A stretch of DNA of 52,047 nucleotides. It comes from a virus (taxonomy: Duplodnaviria; Caudoviricetes). The first letter of the stretch is position 1; every line of letters begins with the position of its first letter. The translations under genes were made by a program, and so were the position numbers. This document shows positions 1-9,200 of this stretch, piece by piece. Location: positions 1-52,047 of IMG/VR virus record IMGVR_UViG_3300046780_000286. One strand, written 5' to 3'. The notes under the pieces are model-generated. The model was not told the DNA's origin. It worked only from the letters and a program-made list of their open reading frames with translations, and searched no databases.

Positions 1-127
1 GCCAGAGAAACTCGCAGTAACGGGTTCGGCTGGGCAAATTTTCCAAATCAACCCAACCGCTACGGCTTGGACACTGGTTGACGCAAGTCAGATATTCTTG
101 CCGGGTACGATCACGCTGGATAAGATT
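1..127. repeat. Terminal overlap identical to 51921-52047 (circular assembly overlap)
   Basis: gccagagaaactcgc...ctggataagatt occurs at both ends, and an ORF reads through the junction in frame. Confidence 0.97.
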
Positions 128-799
128 TTTCCCGGATTGGGTTTCGTTTATTCGGATGGCGTATCGGTATTTTACCAAACACTTAATCCTACACTCATTA
201 ACGATGCACTTGGTGACGGAAATCTTGTCTGGACGACAATCGCAGTTGGTGATCCATTGCAAGTTCTTAGGACTAACCCAGCCGGAACCTTGACAGAATG
301 GGTATCGGTCGTTGATGCAGTTCAAAATAGCTCTTTGCCAATTACTAAGCTATCACCCGGAACGGCAAACAACTCCAAAGTTGCTACCGTTTCCGCCGAT
401 GGACTTACCGTTGGCTGGGCAACACCAGCAGCGGTTCCTGTTTCGCGAGTTAGCCGTTCTGGTTCGATTACACTACCTGCTGCTACTGCAACCACGGCGG
501 CATTCTTGCCGGGTATGGGTGCCGAACCAACGGGGATTGAAGCGAGGTTCTACTGTACTGTGGATAATAATGGATACTTTGCTTCTTCTGGAGATTTTAT
601 CCAACATTACGCAGTCTTCTCCACTATTGGTGCTGATACACAGCAGCAAGCATATCAGATGAGTGGAAACGCCACTCAACTCTTTATGACAGCTTCCAAT
701 GTCGCTGTTTTGTTCTTCATGTCCAAAACCAATGGTGTTGTCGTTACATTCAATCCAGCACAATGGGTTCTAGTTTGGGTCACAACACTTATCGCATAA
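1..799 (+). CDS. 3' part of a 377-aa virion/tail protein that starts at 51586 and crosses the circular junction
   Basis: The frame of ORF 98..799 is open back to base 1 and continues to the ATG at 51586 (335+799 nt = 378 codons). It is T/V/G-rich and sits in the structural module. Confidence 0.8.
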   Translation, partial: PEKLAVTGSAGQIFQINPTATAWTLVDASQIFLPGTITLDKIFPGLGFVYSDGVSVFYQTLNPTLINDALGDGNLVWTTIAVGDPLQVLRTNPAGTLTEWVSVVDAVQNSSLPITKLSPGTANNSKVATVSADGLTVGWATPAAVPVSRVSRSGSITLPAATATTAAFLPGMGAEPTGIEARFYCTVDNNGYFASSGDFIQHYAVFSTIGADTQQQAYQMSGNATQLFMTASNVAVLFFMSKTNGVVVTFNPAQWVLVWVTTLIA

Positions 800-809
800 G
801 GATTTATTT

Positions 810-1805
810 ATGTTTTCTGACATGCTAACAGAATTGCAGGACAGCATCAGCGATGCTTCGAGAGAAGTTCTCGCTAGATATCTGAATCGCGGTTACAAAG
901 AACTTTACGACACGTTCGATCTACCTTGTTCCGTAACGGACGAGTTCTTTGAGATTGATGGACAAGACGGACAGATTGTACTACCAGAATACGTCGATCA
1001 GATTAGAGGTGCTGGTTCGCGAATGGACTATGTGCCTATTACCGTATCCGATTTCAGGTCTGGCTATAGAATGACACCGTCGTTCCAGCGTCCTTATGAG
1101 TGGCGAATTCGTGGAGAAGTACCATTGGTGACTCAACTGGATGCGACCGATAAACTTCGAGTGACGCTTTTCGGCGTCGAGGAATCTGCCGTTAACGTCA
1201 TGATCATCGGCGAAACCGCACAAGCTGCAACGCACACAGAAACCGTTACTCTCTTGGCTGGTGAAACTACTAAACTGACCGAGGCTCAATGGATTGCTGA
1301 TAATCCCTATGCGATGACTTCGATCACGAAGGATATCACGACGGATAATGACATTGCGCTGACTGTTGCTAGCACCGGCACTGAGGTTTCTAGACTCAGG
1401 AATCGCTTGCTAAAGGCTAGATATCAGCTGCTTCAACTAACCGATCAAAACCCGCAGATTCCCTCGGGTTTCTGGAACGGACCTCCAGGCGCGCAGATCG
1501 TCTACAAGAAAACCCTCATCCCGCTGGTCTTCGACACGGACGAAATCATCTACCCCAAAGCCGAATCGGCTGTGTGCTGGAAAGCGCGTGAGCTTTGGTA
1601 TAATCAGAAAACGGATCAAGCCTCGTTCGCTGCGACAGAACAAGCCAAAACCAAGTGCAATGATCTGATTAACAACATCATGATAAATCAGGAATCCGCT
1701 GGCGAAAAGAAAGTAAACTTCGCTCGGAATCCCTACGTCAATAGCTGGGCATATACTCGCGGTCGTGGACTTCGTTACGGAAATTATTATGGCTACAATA
1801 GGTAA
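810..1805 (+). CDS. Putative head-tail adaptor / tail tubular protein A-like
   Basis: 331 aa. N-terminal helical pattern (LARYLNRGYKELY) and position just before the tube-B-like gene. Confidence 0.5.
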   Translation: MFSDMLTELQDSISDASREVLARYLNRGYKELYDTFDLPCSVTDEFFEIDGQDGQIVLPEYVDQIRGAGSRMDYVPITVSDFRSGYRMTPSFQRPYEWRIRGEVPLVTQLDATDKLRVTLFGVEESAVNVMIIGETAQAATHTETVTLLAGETTKLTEAQWIADNPYAMTSITKDITTDNDIALTVASTGTEVSRLRNRLLKARYQLLQLTDQNPQIPSGFWNGPPGAQIVYKKTLIPLVFDTDEIIYPKAESAVCWKARELWYNQKTDQASFAATEQAKTKCNDLINNIMINQESAGEKKVNFARNPYVNSWAYTRGRGLRYGNYYGYNR

Positions 1806-4227
1806 AATGGATTGGTACGGTGGAATCAATCAACTTCCTGACCGGAGCAAGATTGACTTTGCAACGGAGTACGGCCTTCTTATCAATGGTCGTGTTCGCA
1901 CGAACGAAGTCACACCCGTTGTCGGACCACTTGATATTACTTCTGGACTTCCGACAACGGCTGAGCGCCAAGGACTTTACGCATTTGGATCGTTGCTCTT
2001 AGCATTTGCGGGCGGTAAAGCCTATTACAAAGAAACTACCGCAACGGTTCCAAGCTGGACGCCGGTTACTGCTTTGCAATTATCTCTCACGGAGAAGATC
2101 GAAGCGGTTGCGATTCCGGCATCGAGCATAAACTACAAACGCTATTCGACCGATGCTAGTAATGTCAAAGCGCCAGTTCGTCTTCAAGATGCTCGAAACG
2201 CATCGCCGGCTGCGGTTCTAGTCACAGATGGAGTAAACCAATCTTGGCTCATATTCGCAGACGGTACCTCAAGGCCGACTAAGACCTATGCACAATGGAC
2301 CATTGACGATCCTGAGTATGTTCCTGTAATGCGGATGCCTTACATGTCCTCAGATGGGATATTGTATTGCGTTGGTAAAGATAACAATGGCGTCTATAAC
2401 CAGATTTTCCGTTCGGTTACAGGAAGTCCTTTGAATTTTGTCATTGTTGTCAATACAGCAGGAAACAAATCCGGTACCGAAGCCGAAGGTGGCGCTCCGG
2501 CACTTGCCGAGCGAGCTTCGTTTTCGCCGATTACGTTCCTAGGTGGGATCAATGCCGTCGATGGATCGTTCTTAGTTACAACTGCGACATCGTCGACAGT
2601 ATTTACACCAGACTACGATAGACTTATTTGTTCCGAGCCGACCTACATCAAACAATACCTGTTCGACATCGGTGCCGTTAACGAGAACTCGGTAGCTAAT
2701 GTTCTAGGTGATACGACCATCGTAAATTCTAGAGGTATAAGGTCTTTTAACGGCGTTCAGCAACTCAAGTTCGAGGGCTCTTTTGCGCCGTTCAATATCA
2801 ACGTCAACAGAATCTTCGGTGACATCGTTCAAACAACCACGGCAGTAACGACCTTCGACAACTATGCGGTATATGCGATCCAGACTATCTATGGTTACGG
2901 AATTCTTTGGTACGATATGCTTCTTGCGAAATGGGTATCGCTGGACCTTTATGATAACCAGTCTGCGATTGTTCAGTTTGCTTCGGTTACTGTCGGGGCT
3001 TTGAACGAGTTGTACTTTCTCACTGAGTCCGGGCACATTTTCCAATGCTTCGCGGGTGACGTGCAAAAATGCACCGTTTACCTCGCAGATATTATCCCAC
3101 CAAACAGCGCCACTAGGCAAAGCATGGAAGCCGTTGCGGTAACATTTAGCGGAGGAGACACTGACGGATTTTGCGCGATAGGTTCTTACACTGACGGACG
3201 GTACTCCGGTGCTCTTACACTTCCTCTCGCTGCGGAGAATGTTGCACCAACTGGTGGCGTAGAACCTACTACGGGTCAGCTAGTGCTGGATTCCAATTCA
3301 ACTATTCCTTTGGTGTTCTCTCTTAAGGAAATAAGCACTCAGGGAACTCGTTTAGGAACTAGCATCTCTTGGAACACGAGCGCTCGGCTACTCTCTACTG
3401 TTGTAGAAACGGATGAGGTTGGTCCGACGAACGTGAAAGCGATTCCAGATAACTACGTTAGGTGCTTGAAGATTATTCTGCTTGGGTATGATGGCGTTTG
3501 CAATCCTCAGCAACGCGCGGTCAATCTCAGAATCCAGAAAGAGAATCCAGACTATATCATTGGCCTTGGTTCACACACAGTCGACGGAACTTCTAGCTCA
3601 GTGGCTACGTACTTAAAAGCACATTGGAATAATCAACATGAGAAAGGCACGTTTTATGCTATTCCCGGACCATCCGAGCTAGACACTAGCGTTGGGGAAC
3701 CATTCTTTCAGTATGTTCTCCAAGCACCGTCACGATACAGCATACTATCTCTCGCAGCTGCTAACTTTTATCTCCTCAACTCCGGCATTGATTCGTCCGG
3801 CGGTCAAGTTGAGCCAGATAACTCTGACGGTTCCTCGCTTGCTACGTCCACGCAAGCATTGTGGCTCGAATCCCAAGTCAACGCTAATCGCGCGAAATTC
3901 AATTTCGTCCTGCTCGGAACTCCACCACGAAGTTCCGTTGATGGATTGTCGTCTGCTGCTTGGAACGAGGTAGATTATGCAGGAATCGGCGTTGATGGCG
4001 TGTTCAGCGGACAGGGTTCTTACGAGCGAATCGAGGACTCTCGACGAGTCGTGTTTGTCAATTCCGGAACTGGCGGAGAACCCTTACAAACCTTTGGCGT
4101 CGTTCGAGAGGATTCCGCTGTCAGAATTGAGTCTTTCGGTTACACACGAATCACCATCACGCCACTATCGGCACTCATCGAATTCGTCTCGGTTGATGGC
4201 GAAGTGCTTGATAGACGATTGCTGTGA
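1789..4227 (+). CDS. Tail tubular protein B / stabilisation (nozzle) protein with a C-terminal degenerate metallophosphoesterase-fold domain
   Basis: N-terminal W-x-GG-I-N motif and beta-rich body in podovirus synteny. The last ~255 aa follow calcineurin-like phosphoesterase motif spacing. ATG at 1789 preferred to the track start at 1765. Confidence 0.6.
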   Translation: MATIGKMDWYGGINQLPDRSKIDFATEYGLLINGRVRTNEVTPVVGPLDITSGLPTTAERQGLYAFGSLLLAFAGGKAYYKETTATVPSWTPVTALQLSLTEKIEAVAIPASSINYKRYSTDASNVKAPVRLQDARNASPAAVLVTDGVNQSWLIFADGTSRPTKTYAQWTIDDPEYVPVMRMPYMSSDGILYCVGKDNNGVYNQIFRSVTGSPLNFVIVVNTAGNKSGTEAEGGAPALAERASFSPITFLGGINAVDGSFLVTTATSSTVFTPDYDRLICSEPTYIKQYLFDIGAVNENSVANVLGDTTIVNSRGIRSFNGVQQLKFEGSFAPFNINVNRIFGDIVQTTTAVTTFDNYAVYAIQTIYGYGILWYDMLLAKWVSLDLYDNQSAIVQFASVTVGALNELYFLTESGHIFQCFAGDVQKCTVYLADIIPPNSATRQSMEAVAVTFSGGDTDGFCAIGSYTDGRYSGALTLPLAAENVAPTGGVEPTTGQLVLDSNSTIPLVFSLKEISTQGTRLGTSISWNTSARLLSTVVETDEVGPTNVKAIPDNYVRCLKIILLGYDGVCNPQQRAVNLRIQKENPDYIIGLGSHTVDGTSSSVATYLKAHWNNQHEKGTFYAIPGPSELDTSVGEPFFQYVLQAPSRYSILSLAAANFYLLNSGIDSSGGQVEPDNSDGSSLATSTQALWLESQVNANRAKFNFVLLGTPPRSSVDGLSSAAWNEVDYAGIGVDGVFSGQGSYERIEDSRRVVFVNSGTGGEPLQTFGVVREDSAVRIESFGYTRITITPLSALIEFVSVDGEVLDRRLL

Positions 4228-4555
4228 CAATGAATGGATTCGCGAGATTCTAGACTTTAGGACACCCCGTGTTCGCAAGCTGTTCGGTGCTAATTGGGAG
4301 AGGGAGCAAGTCGTAAAGTTGGTTGTCTTTACGATCATGTCGGGGGTAGTACTGGCTTCGGCGCGGGGTGTCCTTTTGGGTCGCTTCAGAGCTAAAAACG
4401 TGATAGTGGTAGACGTTATCTTCGGTGAGAGAAAATTTATTTCAGAAGTTCTAAAGGCTTGGCGGGATTTATACCCCGGATTTCAAGTGCAGGGAAATAG
4501 GCACGGTAAACTTCACAATTTCAAAAAACTATATGGGCGCACCAGATGTAAATAG
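4196..4555 (+). CDS. Small virion assembly protein (about 119 aa), possibly GNAT-like
   Basis: In-frame ATG at 4196 inside track ORF 3977..4555. It lies between the tube and ejection genes, a slot often held by GNAT-like proteins in podoviruses. Confidence 0.45.
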   Translation: MAKCLIDDCCDNEWIREILDFRTPRVRKLFGANWEREQVVKLVVFTIMSGVVLASARGVLLGRFRAKNVIVVDVIFGERKFISEVLKAWRDLYPGFQVQGNRHGKLHNFKKLYGRTRCK

Positions 4556-5381
4556 CAACGAGATTTCTGCACAAAGCATGCAGAATCTAGTACAGTATCT
4601 TCCGCAATATTTGCAAGCGGCAAATTCGCAAGTATTGCCAACCGAACAAGCCAAACTCGCAGCCGAGCAGGCTACCGCGCCAGGTCGAGCTCAGCTTGAG
4701 TTGGATCAGTACAAACAATTCGCACCGCAGTTCAGCGAACTCGGAACAGCGATTGGCAAGCAGCAGCAGCAAGGGCAAGCCGCGAATGATCTGGCTACGG
4801 TGCAAGGAACTGGCGGTCAACTAGCGACAGCTTTGACGGATGCGCAGAGGAAAGCTGATCCTGAGTTCTATGCGCTTCGAGCACTAGCCGCGCAGCAAGG
4901 CCAGCGGTTGAATGATTCGATTGTTGATCCCAATTCTGGTCTATCTCCAACAGAAAGAATCGAAATCGATAGGTCACTTGCTAGGGATAATAACCGACGA
5001 GGCACAGAAGCTCCAACCGCTACGTCCACGGTCAGTAATGCGATGGCGTTTGGAAATGCAGGTGAAGCTCGTAGGTCAGCTAGGCAGCAGCAACTTGCTG
5101 GGATTTTTGGTGCAACCTCGCAAGCCGCGCCGGCAACGAAATCTGGTATTGACGTGGGTTCGGCGATTCTTAATAGGCCAATTATTAACAACGGCGAAAA
5201 TCGCTTCACTAATCCGCAAACTGCTGGACAGGAATCTTATTCAGCTGCTGGTAATCTATTTAACTCCTTTCAAAATACTGGTCTATCCGCAGCGCAAGGA
5301 AACCAAAACAAGAAGACTGCTCTCGATCAGGCTATTGCTGGCGTTTCGGCTGCGGGAAGTTTGCTTGGTGGGAAAGTTTAG
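4533..5381 (+). CDS. Internal virion / DNA ejection (pilot) protein
   Basis: 282 aa, A/Q/G-rich and helical, with a G-rich hydrophobic C-terminus. Synteny supports the call. Confidence 0.6.
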   Translation: MGAPDVNSNEISAQSMQNLVQYLPQYLQAANSQVLPTEQAKLAAEQATAPGRAQLELDQYKQFAPQFSELGTAIGKQQQQGQAANDLATVQGTGGQLATALTDAQRKADPEFYALRALAAQQGQRLNDSIVDPNSGLSPTERIEIDRSLARDNNRRGTEAPTATSTVSNAMAFGNAGEARRSARQQQLAGIFGATSQAAPATKSGIDVGSAILNRPIINNGENRFTNPQTAGQESYSAAGNLFNSFQNTGLSAAQGNQNKKTALDQAIAGVSAAGSLLGGKV

Positions 5382-5401
5382 AGAATCTAATCCAATTTCT
5401 T

Positions 5402-6199
5402 ATGCCTACTTATAACGTAAAAGACAATCCGTACTACGACCAGTGGCGTGGTAACAATCTAATCTCCGATCTTCTAGCCAATGCGACTCAGAGCTTTTCC
5501 GCGCCACAAACTGGTCCTTATGGCGAACGAAAGGGATTCTTTAGGTCTTTGATTGGTGACCAAACCAATCGAATGAACTCTGCGGCCGCTATGCGACAGC
5601 AGGATGTCGATGCTGGTGCGGTGCCTTTTCAGAAGGAAGTCGCGCAAGAAGACGTTATCAACAAGGCTAATAATGAAGGCGCTGCGAGTAGGCAGGCTGC
5701 TGGCGAAGCTGCTAGGATGCAGGTCGCGAAGTTCGAGCAAGAACAAGAAAACAAACGAGCGGAGACTAGACAGAATTCTGCTGAACGCCAAGCGAATATC
5801 GCCGATCAGTGGCAGAATCAAACGCGTCATGACCAGATGGAGAATGATAGAATCCTTCGGCAGGCTGCTACTGAACAACAGCTTAGAAAGCAGGCTAACT
5901 TACAAGGCGAACGCGGTGCCATTATGCGTGAGCAGATGCAGAAGCCATATACTAGTAATGATTTCTTGGTTGACCCAAAAGCCGGAACGATGACAAGGAC
6001 TCGTGCGGCACGGTATGGACAAGCCGGTGACGAAGTATCTACCGGTCAGGAACAGATGCTTACTCCAGACAAACTCAAGTGGCTTGAGCAGGGCGATTCG
6101 GATGAAGCCACCGCTAGTCCTTTGCCTAGTTACCAACCGCCTGTAGATATCGATTCGCTACTAAAGGGTAGCCAATTCAATCCTTCTTTGCGCTATTAA
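5402..6199 (+). CDS. Internal virion / ejection protein
   Basis: 265 aa, Q/A/R-rich coiled coil, between the pilot-like gene and the giant virion gene. Confidence 0.55.
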   Translation: MPTYNVKDNPYYDQWRGNNLISDLLANATQSFSAPQTGPYGERKGFFRSLIGDQTNRMNSAAAMRQQDVDAGAVPFQKEVAQEDVINKANNEGAASRQAAGEAARMQVAKFEQEQENKRAETRQNSAERQANIADQWQNQTRHDQMENDRILRQAATEQQLRKQANLQGERGAIMREQMQKPYTSNDFLVDPKAGTMTRTRAARYGQAGDEVSTGQEQMLTPDKLKWLEQGDSDEATASPLPSYQPPVDIDSLLKGSQFNPSLRY

Positions 6200-6218
6200 C
6201 ATCTAGACTTATTTCGCT

Positions 6219-9200
6219 ATGGCTAAAACGACACGTGAACAGCGAGAAGCTCAGCTTCTGCAACAGATTGGAAAAGACCCAGCGAGTTTCGCAATCGACT
6301 CATCTGGTAAGGTAATTCCTCGTACGACGCCAGAAGCTCCCGCGCCAGAATCACCGACGGGTCCTTGGGAAACCTTTGGACGATCGGCTGTCGGTGCCAT
6401 TCCAGAAACTGTTGGATCGCTTGTTGGCGGTGGGCTTGGTGCTGCGGGCGGAACTCTGGTAGCTCCCGCATTTGGACCGGCTGCTCCTCTTGTGCCGTTT
6501 GCGGGTGGCTTGGCTGGCTCAATCGGCGGAGGTATGGCTGCGCATGAATTAGAAAAAGAACTTCCTAAAGGCTATCAAGACTTCGTTAGCAAAGGTGCTA
6601 GAGAGAATCCTATCTCAGCCGAACTCGGTGATGTTTTGCCACAGTTGTTGACGTCTAACCCGGTTAAATCCGCGCGAGTTATTGGTGCTCTCGCTAGGGG
6701 TATTCCTACGCTTACTAGATTCACAGGTCAGCAGCTCGGTCATCTTGCCGGCATTGGCATCGGTACTGGAACTGGCGCGGTTGGACCAATCGCTGAGGAT
6801 TGGGATCGTCCAGAAGGTCTAGGACTAGACACGGCTAAACGCTCGGCGATTAGGGGCGTGGCTGGTTTGTTGGGCAGCCAACAGAATCGTTTGGGTAATC
6901 TATTCTCTTCAGGAAAGTTTGCACCTAGTCCCGACGTCGGCGATAGATGGGCAGATGCTGGTCGTGTTGCGCGGGATTCGATGCAGCAAAGCGGACGCGC
7001 ACCTGTGTTCGAGGGCGAGCCAGTTACGAGCCGACCTGAGCCGATTGATGCGGATGTGGTTGAGGCGACGCAGGTTGATAATCCTGCGCAACAGAACAGA
7101 GGACTTCTCGGTAATTCCCCACAGGACAGGGGTGTTGAGTCAGTTACTTCTCAGACCGAAACCGATGCCGCAATGGCTAAAGCGGCTGCGGATTTGGAAG
7201 CGTCGCGAGCGAAGATTCAGCCTGAACAGCCTGCGAAAAGTCAGTGGAATGACACGCCAGAAAATCGCGCTAAGCTGCTAGCAAAAATCCAAGCAGATAA
7301 TGCTGCACGTAATCGTCCTCCACCTTTCGATCCCGTTCATGCACGTGAGGAAGTCAATCCTAGCGTTCAAGGTCCAGTCGAACCTCAGGCTGATGAGCCT
7401 AACTTCTCATTGCCCTATCGGCAAGGCCAAGGCGCAGCTAGACCTCAACTCCCAGAACCTCCGTATCAACGGCCGCAAGGAGAAATTCCTGAAAGTCAAT
7501 TCGCAAAGGAGAAACGTCTAGCTCAGCGCGCTGGCGTTCCTCTCGAAAGGCAACAGGGTCAAGAAGGTGGACAGCTAGGATTGACTTCCCCAGAATGGGA
7601 CGAGATCATTAGGAACGTTGGCGGAAGCGACTACGGTTCTGATGTCGTTACTGGAGAACATAACCTAAGGGGTTCTGATGGAACGCCGCTCGCTGGTAAG
7701 GTTGAGCTTCCAACCGATCTAGAGAAAGGTTTGGTACGCATTGCTAAAAACGCTGGCGTTGATACTGGACCACATGAACTCTTACACGTAATCGTCAACG
7801 ATGTATTGGAAAGGGGTACCAAGGGCGAAAAAGCTTTCATCCAACGCGTTCTGGAACAAGCCGGCGGCGAGGAAGCACTCGTACAAGGCGGTGGCAATCT
7901 GTTCACTAAGAGACTTGTTAATGAAGGCGCAGGTTCTAAGGAATCAGAAGGACTTGGTGGAGACTTGATTGCGTTTATTAAGGCGCGGTTTTTGAGAAAT
8001 GCTACGCCAGCAGATTTGAAACGACTAGCAGCACGAACGCTTCGATCTGGTTCTGGCTCAGAGCAGTATCGTCCCGGCGGTGCTGGACTTAAATCCCAGA
8101 TCATGGAGGATGAGCAGAGCCTAAAAAAATCAAGTAATGTTAGGAATCAGCCGACAGTAAGTCAAGCATCACCTGAATACGGTAATTTTCCAGAATCATT
8201 TACAGATGTTGATATAGCTAATGTCAACAAGGATCGAGCTAGCTACGGTCTTGGTCCATTAACTCGTATACCAAAGGAAGCACAGGAGTCATTTAGGGCA
8301 GCTGAACGTGCTGTAGATGTTGGTAGAAATCGTGAATTTACTCCGGCTATCATAGGTAAGGATGGTCACATCTATGCAGCTGCTGGTCACAGTGAAGCCT
8401 CGATAATGGCTGATAAGGCAGGAACTTCGGAAGTCAGACGCGGATTCGTTACTAGGGATGGTAGGTTCCTTACCTTGATGGAAGTAGCTAAGGAGCAAAG
8501 GGCCAAGAAAGTCCGCGAGAATCCTGTTCCAGAAACCCGTGAGACGATAGCTAAGCAACTAGAAGTTACACTCGATCCCGATTCGGGAAAGGCTGTCACG
8601 CACATACCGCTGGGTTCTGAGATTCCAGCGAAGATCCCCTCGGGTTTGGAAATGGTCCGCACACCTAAAGGCACGGCGATCTTCAACCCCACAAAGGTTT
8701 CTCGTGCTGAGGTTCTCACTGCTGGTCAAGGTGAGAACTTTGACGGGCGTTTGCTTGGGATGAGTCAAGCTGAGAAACCACTTGTTTCGGACAAGGTTGT
8801 TACCACGTCTAAGGATGGTGTGAGGGATGTAGTCACTGAGGTTGTTTCACCTGGTAGCGAGCGCGCCGCAATGGCTGCTCACGAGAAGGCTGTTCCGGGT
8901 GGCGTTTCGGAGGTTAAGCCAATCGCGGATGTACTTAATGAAAGGACTCAACCGCTAGGTCCGAGAGAGACTTATGATCCTTCAGATATTAAGAAGCCGA
9001 TTCCTTATGGTTTTTGGATAGAGCCAAATGGTAAGTTTAGGCCAGTCGAATCGCGAGGTCATTTTGCTGAAGCCAGTAAAATCGCAGATGAAATAGGATT
9101 GAAACCTGGAATGAATGGTTTACAATATGATCAACTTAAAGAAAAAGGTTACGCACGTGCTCATTATGATAGAGACAAAAACCGCCTAACTGTAGAGAGT

